Assembly: GCA_963668695.2 (NCBI GenBank)
Contig: CAXXLQ010000004.1
Location: forward strand, 992,001-1,056,000
Source: Vicinamibacteria bacterium
GTDB taxonomy: Bacteria > Acidobacteriota > Vicinamibacteria > Marinacidobacterales > Marinacidobacteraceae
Reading direction: 5' to 3'
DNA length: 64,000 nt
Under the pieces are notes generated by a model. The model searched no databases, was not told the origin of the DNA, and was given only the letters and a program-made list of their open reading frames with translations. The translations under genes and the position numbers were made by a program. Below are positions 20,289 to 30,183 of the stretch, piece by piece. Within the stretch, counting starts at the first letter, position 1; every line of letters starts with the position of its first letter.

Positions 20289-20755
20289 TTAGTCGTCGCC
20301 TCGAATCAGCGACCTCGCTGCACGGAGGATGCCGGCCCCCACGCCGAACCCCGCCAAGCCCACCGCTGCGGTCTTCATGACTTCTCCCGCCAATGCTCTC
20401 TGGTTTTCGTCGCCGAAGAACATCAACCCGCAGATGAAAAGGACGAGAAGTGAGACGAGCGCCAAGACAGTCCAGATGACCCGACGACCGAATTCGAAAC
20501 GCCGGCGTCGGTCGTCGTGCTGCAGTTCAAGTCCCTGTTTGTGGAGTCGTACTGCCGCCTATCCTGTGCATCTACCACTTCGAGCGTCTTTTCCTGGAAT
20601 GCGATCCGTCTGGTTTCGCGATCGTGCCGCAACCGCTCCACTTCGAGCAGTCGTTCCATTACCTGCGCGGCGCGAACGGCAACATTCTCCTCGGTGCCGG
20701 CCGGCACCGCCGCGCCCGAATCTGCAGGCAGCAGCGCAGCGTCCTTGTCCGGCAC
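20289..20755 (-). pseudogene. Frameshifted small membrane protein (coiled N-terminus plus two TM helices)
   Basis: Frame 1 reads ...EVVDAQDRRQYD. One base appears missing near 20545; the shifted frame continues HKQGLELQHDDRRRRFEFGRRVIWTVLALVSLLVLFICGLMFF...IRGDD*. Confidence 0.6.
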
Positions 20756-20778
20756 CGAAAGCCTGTTCTCCGAAGCCC

Positions 20779-21072
20779 TCACAGATCCTTGTAGCGGACC
20801 GCAGTGCCTCCGTGCGGGTCCGACAAACCCGTGTCCAAGAACAGATCGATGGGGAACGAACGCACGACGTACCCCCCGTACGGGGATTCCACGACCCGGG
20901 TCACGAAGCCTTCCCACGCCGGGTCGGCCCGGCGCCGGAGAGCCTCCGCACGCGCCGCCGCCCATGAGGGGAAAAGGAATGCTCCCGGCGACTCTTCCTT
21001 CTGGCCAGCCCGAACGGGGCCGGCAGGCTTGGCGCTGGCGGAAGTCGCTCTTCCTTGTTCAACAAACGGCAT
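20779..21072 (-). CDS. Small hypothetical protein upstream of the frameshifted membrane gene
   Basis: ORF only (C-terminal FVTRVVESPYGGYVVRSFPIDLF), co-oriented with 20289-20755; start uncertain. Confidence 0.35.
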   Translation of the reverse strand: MPFVEQGRATSASAKPAGPVRAGQKEESPGAFLFPSWAAARAEALRRRADPAWEGFVTRVVESPYGGYVVRSFPIDLFLDTGLSDPHGGTAVRYKDL

Positions 21073-21142
21073 ACAGATCTCCAAGGGGGAGGGCAAAAGA
21101 CCTACCACAACGCCGCCAGCGCCGTCGGCCTGGATCGCTTGC

Positions 21143-22528
21143 ATGGTCGCCGACGTAGCCGTCGTGGGCGGCGGCCCCGCCGGGGCGCTCGCGGCCCGCC
21201 AACTCGCCGTCTTCGGTCTGGACGTGCTGCTCGTCCACCAGGCGCGGCGTAACCGCCAGCATCTCGGGGAGAGCCTGTCCGCCTCCGCGCCACGCCTCCT
21301 CGCGTCCTACGGCCTCGAGCTGCCGGAGTCGGTGTACGCGCCCCGCCCGAGCGACCATTTCGTTCGTTGGGGCGGACGGGAAGAGCGGATCCCGGTCCAG
21401 CCGAAACCGGGCACCGGCGAAGGCCAGCGGCTCGTCCGGCGTGACCGGCTCGACGACTGGGCGCTGGGCGAGGCGCGCCGGGCGGGAGCCCGGATTGTCG
21501 AGGGCTCCGCCGCACCGGACACGAACGACGAGACCGCCGCGCTGGTTGTCCGGCGGCCGGGGGAAAGCGAACTACGGATCGCCGCGCGCGTCCTCGTGGA
21601 CGCCTCCGGCCGAAGCGGCGTGCTCACGCGGCGCGAACGCGTTTGGCCCGACTACCGGACGACGGCGCTCACCGCGCACTTCGCGCCCGGGAACCGGGCA
21701 GGCACGCTGGTCGAGGCGTTTCCGGAGGGCTGGGTGTGGAGCGCTCCCGTCGTCGGTGGACGGCGGGACGTCACGGTGATGCTGGATCGAGACGACGCCA
21801 CCGCGAATCCGGAAGACCGGTTCCGCGAAGCGTTCCGCAACGTGGACCTCGAAGGCTTCGTCAGCGGGGACCGTCTCACCCCGGTGCGGGCGGCGGACGT
21901 GACGCCGTACCGGCTGCGCTCTGCCGCATACGCCGATGGACCGACGCTGATCGCGGTCGGCGACGCGGCGAGCGCACTCGATCCCCTCTCCGGGCTCGGG
22001 ACCATGAAGGCCATGGATTCCGGACTCACCGGCGCCGTCGTCCTGCGTACGGCGCTCGAAAGGCCGCCGGACGGCCCGCTCGCCCTGGTATTCCACAGCG
22101 CGAAGGAAACAGGGCTCGCTGCCGAGGCGGGAGACCGGATCGCCGGCTTCCATGCGGAGGAAGAACGATTCGCGGAGCGGAAATTCTGGCGCCGGCGCTC
22201 CCAAAAGACGCCGGTCGCGCCACCTCGGAAGCGACTCCCGGAGGACGGCCGACTCACTCCGGCGACGGGGTCCCGGGTCGAAACGCAGGGTGTTCTGCAG
22301 GGCGACTGGATCGTGCCCGCCGAAGCGGTGGTCCGCCCGAGTCGTTTCCGGCCGGGACACAAGGTCGCGGGCATAGCGCTCGCCGAACTGTTCCGGACTG
22401 CCTCCGCACTGGGCGGGATCCGCCGGACGCTCGAAGCGTTCCCGGCCCCGGAGCCGGCAGTGCGAGCCGCACTCGCCTGGCTCGTTGCGGAGGGATTCCT
22501 GATCGTCAGCGATCCGAAACCGGCGTAG
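21143..22528 (+). CDS. qhpG: FAD-dependent monooxygenase (tryptophan-halogenase-like) for CTQ biogenesis
   Basis: DVAVVGGGPAG, GESLS, DASGRSG, EAFPEGWVW, VGDAASALDPLSGLG; adjacent to qhpADCBFE. Confidence 0.8.
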   Translation: MVADVAVVGGGPAGALAARQLAVFGLDVLLVHQARRNRQHLGESLSASAPRLLASYGLELPESVYAPRPSDHFVRWGGREERIPVQPKPGTGEGQRLVRRDRLDDWALGEARRAGARIVEGSAAPDTNDETAALVVRRPGESELRIAARVLVDASGRSGVLTRRERVWPDYRTTALTAHFAPGNRAGTLVEAFPEGWVWSAPVVGGRRDVTVMLDRDDATANPEDRFREAFRNVDLEGFVSGDRLTPVRAADVTPYRLRSAAYADGPTLIAVGDAASALDPLSGLGTMKAMDSGLTGAVVLRTALERPPDGPLALVFHSAKETGLAAEAGDRIAGFHAEEERFAERKFWRRRSQKTPVAPPRKRLPEDGRLTPATGSRVETQGVLQGDWIVPAEAVVRPSRFRPGHKVAGIALAELFRTASALGGIRRTLEAFPAPEPAVRAALAWLVAEGFLIVSDPKPA

Positions 22529-22556
22529 GTGTAATCCTCTCCAGGCGGCCGAGAGC

Positions 22557-23798
22557 CTAGGCGGACATGCCGCGCGCCGCGATGGGCCAGACCGCTTCCA
22601 CCAGCCCGCCGCGCACTGCGTACATCCGATCGTAGAGATTCACCACCGGATCGCAGTGGGAAACGATCAACTCCAGCTTGTCCCCGACCTTGTACGTCCG
22701 GCTCGGATCCTCGTAGCGGATCGTCCCGAACTCGTCGGAGCCCGAGCTGTAGCTCATCCCGGTCTCCCCCTTGACGATCGCCCAGGGTCGGTTGATGGTG
22801 CACGCCTTCGCGCCGGCATCGGTCGTCGCGCGGCCCTCGTACTGCGCGTTCAGAACAGTGGCGAGGATCGTCAGCGACGGCTGGAAGTCGGTGTACACCT
22901 CCGGGTCGGTGGCTCCGCCGATCTCCAGATACTGGGCGTCCATGAAGACATAGCTGCCCACCTGCACGTCGGTAAGCCCGGCGGTCTCGTGGTCGATGTT
23001 GTAGGTGCCGGTCCCCCCGCCGCTGAAGATCCCGGTATCGAGCCCCGAAGCGCGCATCCGCTCGCAGGTGTCCGCGGCCGCCGCCAGCCGTCCCAGAGTT
23101 TGCGCCTTCCGCTTGTCGAAACCCTTGACGTGTTGCGAGCCGCCGTCGTAGCAGAGGAGGCCGCGCAGCGTCAGGCCGGGGAGCTGATCCACGAGTTGCG
23201 CGAGCGCAAGCGCCGGCTCACCAGGGGTGATTCCGGTCCGGTGTCCGCCGGGGTCCACGTCCACCGCGACCTCGGCCATGATCCCGGCGGCAACCGCCGC
23301 CTCCGAGAGGGCGCGCGCATTCTCGGCCGTATCGGTCGCCTGGATAAAGCCGCTGCACTGCTTCCGGAGGCCCATCGCCCGGCGAATCTTGAACGGTGTG
23401 ACGTTGCTGGTGGTCAGCAGCAGGCGGTCGATCCCGTGGTCGAAGAGCGCCTGCGCCTCGCTCACCTTCGCAACCGAAATCCCGAGCGCTCCGGCTTCGA
23501 GTTGCATCCGGGCGATCGCCGGGCACTTGTGCGTCTTGGCGTGGGGACGCGGTGCGATGCCGTTCTCACGGGTGGCACGCGCCATGGCGGCGATGTTCGC
23601 CTCCAGCGCATCGAGATCCACGAGCAGTGACGGGGTGTCCAGGTCCCACATCGAAATCCCGAATTCCGGGACTTCGCGGCCAGCGGTGCGGGACTCGATC
23701 TCGGGGCCGGTGAGCCCCTTCACGGCCCGGGGGGCGAAAACCGCAGCGGAGGCGCCGGCGGCGCCCAGAAAACCTCGTCGGGACAGAGCATTCATCAT
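22557..23798 (-). CDS. DSD1/D-threonine-aldolase-family PLP enzyme with Tat signal
   Basis: SRRGFLG Tat motif; LDTPSLLVDLD; RPHAKTHKC; GGGTGT; VQVGSYVFMD; HCDPVVNLYD. Confidence 0.88.
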   Translation of the reverse strand: MMNALSRRGFLGAAGASAAVFAPRAVKGLTGPEIESRTAGREVPEFGISMWDLDTPSLLVDLDALEANIAAMARATRENGIAPRPHAKTHKCPAIARMQLEAGALGISVAKVSEAQALFDHGIDRLLLTTSNVTPFKIRRAMGLRKQCSGFIQATDTAENARALSEAAVAAGIMAEVAVDVDPGGHRTGITPGEPALALAQLVDQLPGLTLRGLLCYDGGSQHVKGFDKRKAQTLGRLAAAADTCERMRASGLDTGIFSGGGTGTYNIDHETAGLTDVQVGSYVFMDAQYLEIGGATDPEVYTDFQPSLTILATVLNAQYEGRATTDAGAKACTINRPWAIVKGETGMSYSSGSDEFGTIRYEDPSRTYKVGDKLELIVSHCDPVVNLYDRMYAVRGGLVEAVWPIAARGMSA

Positions 23799-23862
23799 CC
23801 TGTGTTTGTACCACCCCGCCAGTAGCGCGGGCGAGCGGGAACCCATACACTGGCGAACCCTC

Positions 23863-25494
23863 ATGCGAACTGCCGTCGCGATTGCCGCCATTTCGCTCCT
23901 CGGACCGGCCGTGTTCGCTGAGGCGGACGACGGCATCCCGGTCAAAAACCCACTCGTTCAGGCGGCCTGCGGCAGTTGCCATGCGTCCGACGACGCCGGG
24001 CGGATGTCGCGCATTTCCTGGCAGCGGAAGTCGGCCGAAGGCTGGCAGATCACCATCATCCGGATGATCCGCACCGGCAACGTCGACCTCGCCCCGGAAG
24101 ATGCGCGCGAGGTGGTCCGCTACCTGACCGACAACCACGGCCTCGCCCCCGAAGAAGAGCGGCCTTACTTCTACCTGGCCGAGCAGCGTCCCCTTCAGGA
24201 GAGTTTCGGGGAAGACGAGGAGTTGCTCCAGGCCACCTGCTCCCGCTGCCATCTCACGGCCCGCTTCCGTACCCAGCGGCGCGCGGCCGAGGAATGGGAC
24301 CTGTTGAAGGGGATGCACGTGGGGTATTTCCCCGTGATCGAGGGCCAGAGCTTCCGGGGCGAAGACCCGGGAGAACGCTGGGCGGTGGACCGGGTCCTCG
24401 ACCAGCTCAAGGAGAAGTACCCCTTCGAAACACCGGCCTGGCGGACCTACCGCGCCAAGGGACCGGGGCCGGGTATCGCCGGGCGCTGGTTCCTCCGGGG
24501 CTCCGAGCCGGGAAGCGGGCCTTTCGGGGGCATTGTCGAGTTCCGCCCGGATGACGATTCCAAAGGCGACTACGGCTACGAGGCGAACCTGATCCTTGGC
24601 GACGGAACCACGGAACGGCGGCTCGGCGCCGGCGTGCTCTACGGCGGGTTCTCTTTCCGCGGAAGAGGCCAGGGAGACCGTCTCCAGGAACGGCGGGCAG
24701 CTCTGATTCTCTCCGATGACGGCCAGACCCTCACCGGCCGGCTGTTCCGGGGACGTTTCGGAGAGGACGGGCTGGACGTGACGCTCAGCCGCGCGGCGGG
24801 CGGCGTCCAGCTCGCGGCCGCCTGGCCCCCCGCCGGCCGGCACGGAGCGACAACCACCGGGGTCCGCATCATCGGGGCGGGCTTCGGCGAGGAGGCGGCA
24901 GGATCCCTCGATTTCGGGGCGGGGATCACGGTCGAAAACGCCCGGCGGGTTTCCGAGATGGAGCTACTCGTGGACCTTCAGATCGACGCCGGGGCGCCGC
25001 TCGGATATCGCGACGTCTCCGCCGGCGGCATTCGGCTGGTGGACGGTTTCGCCGTCCATGACCGGGTGGACTACATCCGGGTAACCCCCGAGATGGCTCT
25101 TTCCCGGGTCGGTGGCGCGGTGGCGCCCAAACAGTTCGTGCAGTTCGAGGCGAACGGCTGGCACCGGGGGCCGGATAACGAGCGGCTGACCGATGACGAC
25201 GTGGCGCTCGGACCCGTGGAAGTCACCTGGACGACCGAGGAGTACTACATCCGCGACGAGGACGACGATACGCCCTTCGTGGGAAACATCGACGCAGACG
25301 GCCTGTTCACCCCTGGGCTCGACGGCCCGAACCCCAAACGGGAGCTCATGGCCGACAACATGGGAGACGTCTGGGTGGTCGCGGAGCACGAAGATCCGGA
25401 AAACGGTGAAACGCTCCGGGGCCGAGCCCGGCTGGTGGTCGCCCCGCCGGTCTTCCTCTACTGGGACCTGTTCCCGCAAAGGGCCAAGCAATGA
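23863..25494 (+). CDS. qhpA: Quinohemoprotein amine dehydrogenase alpha subunit (di-heme c)
   Basis: Signal peptide; CGSCH and CSRCH; SRISWQRKSAEGW; RVGG...PKQFVQFEA; GLFTPG.DGPNP.R...NMGDV. Confidence 0.93.
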   Translation: MRTAVAIAAISLLGPAVFAEADDGIPVKNPLVQAACGSCHASDDAGRMSRISWQRKSAEGWQITIIRMIRTGNVDLAPEDAREVVRYLTDNHGLAPEEERPYFYLAEQRPLQESFGEDEELLQATCSRCHLTARFRTQRRAAEEWDLLKGMHVGYFPVIEGQSFRGEDPGERWAVDRVLDQLKEKYPFETPAWRTYRAKGPGPGIAGRWFLRGSEPGSGPFGGIVEFRPDDDSKGDYGYEANLILGDGTTERRLGAGVLYGGFSFRGRGQGDRLQERRAALILSDDGQTLTGRLFRGRFGEDGLDVTLSRAAGGVQLAAAWPPAGRHGATTTGVRIIGAGFGEEAAGSLDFGAGITVENARRVSEMELLVDLQIDAGAPLGYRDVSAGGIRLVDGFAVHDRVDYIRVTPEMALSRVGGAVAPKQFVQFEANGWHRGPDNERLTDDDVALGPVEVTWTTEEYYIRDEDDDTPFVGNIDADGLFTPGLDGPNPKRELMADNMGDVWVVAEHEDPENGETLRGRARLVVAPPVFLYWDLFPQRAKQ

Positions 25495-26936
25495 CCATCA
25501 CCCCACAACCGTCTGAAACTCTCGTCGAGGCGACCCAGATGCACCGCTTCCATGGCGGTGAGCGGAACTACGCCTTCCTCGTCCCTTCCTCGATGATCTT
25601 CGAACTCGATGGGGTCAGCGAACGGTTGCTCGACCGTCTCGCCGGAGGGCCGAAGCCCCCAGGAGCGATCGTCGAATCTCCCGAAGACGAAGCGGCGCTC
25701 CGGGAGCTCGCCGAGGTCGGGGCCGTGGCCCGCCAGGGCACCCCGCTCATTCCACTCGCCGGCCTCCAGGAAGTGGACGAGCCGCCGCCGATCCGCACGG
25801 TGGTGCTGAACATCACGAACTCCTGCAACCTCGCCTGCCGCTACTGCTACGAGTATGGGGAGGACCGCATCGCCCCGGCGGAAGTTCCGGCGGCGATGAC
25901 CGAGAAGGTGGCGCGCCAATCGGTGGACCGGCTGATCGCCGAATCCGGTGAGGCGAAGGATCTTCAGGTCACCTTCTTCGGCGGGGAGACGCTGCTCAAC
26001 TGGCGGGTCATCCGCCCGACGGTCGAGTACGCCCGGGAGCAGACGCAGTTGGCCGGGAAACGGGTGGACTTCAGCCTGACCACGAACGCCACCCTCTTGA
26101 CCCGCGAAATCTCCCAGTGGATCGCCGACAACCGCATCGGAGTCACGATCTCGGTCGACGGAGACAAGCAATTCCAGGACTCCATGCGGGTGTACCGCAG
26201 CGGAATGGGAAGCTACGACGTGATCGCTCCCCGGATCGCCGAGTTCCTGAAGGTCCAGAAGCGGCCGGTCGGCGCCCGGGTGACGGTGACCTCGAAGAAC
26301 CTGGATGTACCCCGGATCTTCGAACATCTGATGGGGCTGGGCTTTTACGAGGTGGGTTTCGCCCCGGTGACCTCCTCTCCCGATCTGGACTACGCGCTGG
26401 GGGCAGAGGGTTTCGACGATTTGCTCGATCAGTTCCGCGGTCTCGCCGACGACTACGTGGAGGCGGCGGTCGAAGGGCGCTACCTCGGTTTTTCGAACCT
26501 CAGCGACCTTCTCGGCGAAATCCACGAGGGCGTCAGCAAGGCGTATCCCTGCGGCGCGGGACTCGGGCTCGTAGGAGTCGCTCCCGGCGGCGAGATCGGC
26601 CTCTGTCACCGCTTCGCCGGTTCCGGCGATCACGACCTCGGCCACGTGGCCACCGGGATCGACAAGGAAAAACGCATCGAACACCTGAAGAAGGCACACA
26701 TCGACGCGCGTACCGACTGCAGCCAGTGCTGGGTGCGCAGTCTGTGCTCGGGCGGCTGCTACCACGAGGCTCAGGTCCGCTACGGCGACCGTTTTCGCCC
26801 CAACCTGCACTATTGTGACTGGATCCGCGACTGGACGGCGCTTGGTCTGTCGGCCTACGGCCGGATCCTCGACCAGAGTCCCCGGTTCCTGAGCCGCTTT
26901 GAGGGAATGCTTCACGTCGCACGGCAAACCCCCTAG
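25491..26936 (+). CDS. qhpD: Radical SAM/SPASM thioether-forming maturase
   Basis: LNITNSCNLACRYCYE, FFGGETLLN, YPCGAG, CHRF, CSQCWVRSLCSGGCYHEA, HYCDW. Confidence 0.93.
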   Translation: MTITPQPSETLVEATQMHRFHGGERNYAFLVPSSMIFELDGVSERLLDRLAGGPKPPGAIVESPEDEAALRELAEVGAVARQGTPLIPLAGLQEVDEPPPIRTVVLNITNSCNLACRYCYEYGEDRIAPAEVPAAMTEKVARQSVDRLIAESGEAKDLQVTFFGGETLLNWRVIRPTVEYAREQTQLAGKRVDFSLTTNATLLTREISQWIADNRIGVTISVDGDKQFQDSMRVYRSGMGSYDVIAPRIAEFLKVQKRPVGARVTVTSKNLDVPRIFEHLMGLGFYEVGFAPVTSSPDLDYALGAEGFDDLLDQFRGLADDYVEAAVEGRYLGFSNLSDLLGEIHEGVSKAYPCGAGLGLVGVAPGGEIGLCHRFAGSGDHDLGHVATGIDKEKRIEHLKKAHIDARTDCSQCWVRSLCSGGCYHEAQVRYGDRFRPNLHYCDWIRDWTALGLSAYGRILDQSPRFLSRFEGMLHVARQTP

Positions 26937-26949
26937 TTAGCAGGCAGCC

Positions 26950-27276
26950 ATGAAACACCTCGCCCCCAAGAATCTCAAGGCCCGCTTCGCGACCGAATGG
27001 CTTGAGGGCGGCGGCGCGGCGCGCGCCACCGGCGACGACCCCGGACCCCACTATCCGTCCGGTTGTACGACCATCTTCTCCCCGGGCTGGGAGGTAGATG
27101 CGACGGGCGGGACTGCCGCGCTCTGCCAGCCGATGGAGCGGGACCTCTACGATTGCTACAAGACCTGCTACTGGCCGGCCCAGGTGCCCGACTACCTGAA
27201 CAACAGCCCCGACTGGCACAAGAACTGTGCTTCCGCCACCCAGGATTGGAGGGAGATCGACCTGGTATTCCCATGA
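26950..27276 (+). CDS. qhpC: Quinohemoprotein amine dehydrogenase gamma subunit (CTQ precursor)
   Basis: MKHL leader; GCTTIFSPGWEVD; LCQPMERDLYDCYKTCYWPAQVPD. Confidence 0.95.
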   Translation: MKHLAPKNLKARFATEWLEGGGAARATGDDPGPHYPSGCTTIFSPGWEVDATGGTAALCQPMERDLYDCYKTCYWPAQVPDYLNNSPDWHKNCASATQDWREIDLVFP

Positions 27277-27317
27277 GGAGCGCCTCCCTACCGTTCCAGG
27301 TTAGAGATTTCCAGTTC

Positions 27318-28394
27318 ATGAAGATCAGGCCGCCCATCCTCGCGCTCGGGATCCTGGCGCTCGCCGGCGGCCCGGCGAGCGGACAGGACGCCGACCGGTT
27401 TCTGGCGGGCATCTGGCCCGACCAGCTCCTCACCTTCGACCAGGAGACCCTGACCTTCGAGAAGGTCGGGAACCTCCGGCATGGAGCGGCCACCAACAAT
27501 CAGTGGACCGCCGACGGGCGCTACCTCGCCGCCGTCACCGGACGCATGGAGTCCGTGGAAGTCTTCGACGCCGCCGAGATGGCCGTGGTAGACGACTTCC
27601 GGCTGAGCACCGTGGGCCGGCGCGTCCGCTTCATGAGTGCGGTTCCGGGCCCGGGAGCCCGGCGGATCTTCCTGGTTCCCGTCGTGGTGGACCTCGAACC
27701 CGATCGTTTCATCCACAAGACGCCCTCCGAGATCTGGGTATTCGACCGGGAGCGCCGTGAGGTCATCCACGAGATCCCCCTGGGCGACGCCAGCGACTGG
27801 CGTCCCAACATCCACTTCAGCCCCGACGGCTCTTCCATCTATCTGGTGAACGACCAGATCGTGGAATTGGACGCGGAGACCTTCGAAGAGACGGACCGGA
27901 TCGAGCTGGCCCGTCCCCTCGCCCCGGGCTACGGCGGGGTGCGTGGCCACTCGCTGAGCGAGATCGAGCCGGGACGGCTCTTCGGTGTGTACCGGACGAC
28001 GGAGCCCCTCCAGGGTATGGATCTTTTTGGGGTGCTGGAGATCCGGTTGCCCGACAAGACCTTTCGCCACTACGAGGTCGGGCCCTCCATGCGGCTCGCC
28101 CGCTTCGCACTCTCTCCCGACGGCAAGCGCGGCTACGCCGGGCTCACCGACGCCGCCGTGCTGGACATGGAGAGCCGCGAGGTCATCCTTCGGAAGAAGG
28201 GCTTCGAGCGGGGACGCGCCAACATTTCCATGATCGTCTCGGCTGACGGGAAACGGCTCTTCGTGTCCGGGGTCGGGGACACCATGTACGTGTACGACGC
28301 CGCCACGCTCGAACGCGAAACGGAGATCTTCGCCGGGGGCGACTTCATGATCGCCCCGCATCCGATCCGCTATCGGGCCTCGTCTGGAAACTGA
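27318..28394 (+). CDS. qhpB: Quinohemoprotein amine dehydrogenase beta subunit (beta-propeller)
   Basis: Signal peptide, propeller repeats, C-terminal VYDAATLE...GGD; located after qhpC. Alternative ATG at 27273 overlaps the qhpC stop. Confidence 0.8.
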   Translation: MKIRPPILALGILALAGGPASGQDADRFLAGIWPDQLLTFDQETLTFEKVGNLRHGAATNNQWTADGRYLAAVTGRMESVEVFDAAEMAVVDDFRLSTVGRRVRFMSAVPGPGARRIFLVPVVVDLEPDRFIHKTPSEIWVFDRERREVIHEIPLGDASDWRPNIHFSPDGSSIYLVNDQIVELDAETFEETDRIELARPLAPGYGGVRGHSLSEIEPGRLFGVYRTTEPLQGMDLFGVLEIRLPDKTFRHYEVGPSMRLARFALSPDGKRGYAGLTDAAVLDMESREVILRKKGFERGRANISMIVSADGKRLFVSGVGDTMYVYDAATLERETEIFAGGDFMIAPHPIRYRASSGN

Positions 28395-28396
28395 CT

Positions 28397-28449
28397 GGAG
28401 CGCCGGTCTCCAGACCGGCATCGCGGCCCGACAGGGCAGCGAAACTCCC
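28397..28449 (+). repeat. REP-like family B copy
   Basis: GGAGCGCCGGTCTCCAGACCGGCATCGCGGCC...GAAACTC. Confidence 0.7.
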
Positions 28450-28477
28450 GTCGTCACTCCCCGTATGACTCGCCGCC

Positions 28478-30166
28478 ATGCCCGGTAGCGGAACCAAGCC
28501 CCACCCACCTGACATCTATCGCCGGGCGTTCCGGCTGGCGCTCCCTTACTGGCGGCGGCTCTCGGGGGTCCTCGTCCTCTCGCTGCTCGCCGGGTTGCCG
28601 GGGCAACTCTGGCCCCTGCTGCTCGTTCCCCTGCTCGACGGTGCTCTCCTCGGCGGCGATTTCCGGCTGCTGATCCAGATCGCGGCGCTGATGGCGGCGC
28701 TGCAGATCGGCGGGCTGGTGCTGACGTCCTTCATCGGCTACCGCTACGTCGGGCTCTCCGCGCGGGCGCTCTTCGATCTCCGTCTCCTGGTGTACCAGCG
28801 TCTGCAGCGGCTCTCGCCTCGCTTTTTTGCCGGCGCCCGCACCGGGGATCTCCTCTCCCGGCTCAACACCGACGTGTCGGAACTGCAACGGACCGCGGGC
28901 GACCTGTTGCTCTCGCTGACGCAGAACGTCCTGGGACTCCTCGTCGCGCTGTCGCTGCTGCTGGTGCTCGCACCGGCGCTGCTCGTGCCGGCATTGCTCG
29001 TCCTGCCGTTCGCGGCGATCAGCCTGCAGCGGCTCCGGACGCGGGTGACCGATGACAACCGGAGACTCCGGGAGGCTGGAGCGTCGGTCGGCAGCGTGCT
29101 GGTCGAATCGGTGCTCGGAATGCGGCAGACGGTGGCCTTCGGTCAGGAGGAGCGCGAAGCGGGCCGGTTCCGCTCGGAGAACGACCGGTTCATCGACTCT
29201 CTGCTGCGAGCGCGCCGGACGACGTACGTGGCTTCCGGGATCCCGGCGTCCCTGGTCTCGATCGCGGGGGCGGCGGCGTTCCTTTACGGCGGCTACCAGG
29301 TAATCGAGGGGAACCTCACCCTCGGCACCCTCGGCGCGGCGATGACCTACCAGATGCGCCTTTTCGGGCCGGTGCAGGGTCTCCTCGGCCAGTATCTGGG
29401 CCTGCGCGCGGCCCGTGCGTCCTTCGAGCGGGTCTTCGAGTTGCTCGACGAACCGCCCGGCGTCGAGGATCCAAAAGATCCCGTCCCCGCGAGCAAGCCC
29501 CGCGGGCCGGTGCAAGTGGAAGGTGTCACGCTTTCCTACGGCCGAGGAGAGCACCCGGTCCTGGACTGCGCCTCGCTCACCCTCCCCGAACGCTCGCTCA
29601 CCGTGCTGGTGGGGCCGAGCGGGGTGGGCAAGACCACCCTCGCCGACCTGATCCTGCGGCGCCTGGACCCGGACGGCGGCAGGATCTTCTGGGGGGGCGC
29701 CGACATCCGGCGCCTTTCCCTCGCCGAGCTTCGGCGGGACGTCTCGGTTGTCGAGCAGGATCCCTTTCTGTGGCATGCACCGATCTCCGAAAACGTCCGC
29801 TATGGATGTCCGGACGCCAGCGAGGAGGAGGTCGCCAAGGCGTTGTGGCTCGCCGCAATCGATGACTTCGTGACGAGCCTCCCGGAGGGCGTTGCGACCC
29901 TGGTCGGAGAACGCGGGCAGCAACTATCCGCCGGGCAGCGACAACGGATTGCCATCGCCCGCGCGGTGCTGGCGGACCCGGCCTTGATCCTTCTCGACGA
30001 GCCGAGTTCGGCGCTCGACCGGGAAACGGAGGCGCTCCTGGTCGAACGGCTGGTTCCCTGGCTCAAGGAGCGGGCCGCGCTGGTGATGACCCACCGGCGG
30101 GCCTTCGCCCAGGCTGCCGACCAGGTGCTGGTCCTCCGCGACGGCCGCATCGAGGGCGCGGACTGA
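28478..30166 (+). CDS. qhpF: ABC transporter (fused TMD-NBD), probable gamma-subunit exporter
   Basis: GPSGVGKTT, LSAGQRQRIAIAR, LLDEPSS; N-terminal TM domain; cluster context. Confidence 0.85.
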   Translation: MPGSGTKPHPPDIYRRAFRLALPYWRRLSGVLVLSLLAGLPGQLWPLLLVPLLDGALLGGDFRLLIQIAALMAALQIGGLVLTSFIGYRYVGLSARALFDLRLLVYQRLQRLSPRFFAGARTGDLLSRLNTDVSELQRTAGDLLLSLTQNVLGLLVALSLLLVLAPALLVPALLVLPFAAISLQRLRTRVTDDNRRLREAGASVGSVLVESVLGMRQTVAFGQEEREAGRFRSENDRFIDSLLRARRTTYVASGIPASLVSIAGAAAFLYGGYQVIEGNLTLGTLGAAMTYQMRLFGPVQGLLGQYLGLRAARASFERVFELLDEPPGVEDPKDPVPASKPRGPVQVEGVTLSYGRGEHPVLDCASLTLPERSLTVLVGPSGVGKTTLADLILRRLDPDGGRIFWGGADIRRLSLAELRRDVSVVEQDPFLWHAPISENVRYGCPDASEEEVAKALWLAAIDDFVTSLPEGVATLVGERGQQLSAGQRQRIAIARAVLADPALILLDEPSSALDRETEALLVERLVPWLKERAALVMTHRRAFAQAADQVLVLRDGRIEGAD

Positions 30167-30183
30167 ACCCGGGACGGACCGCG

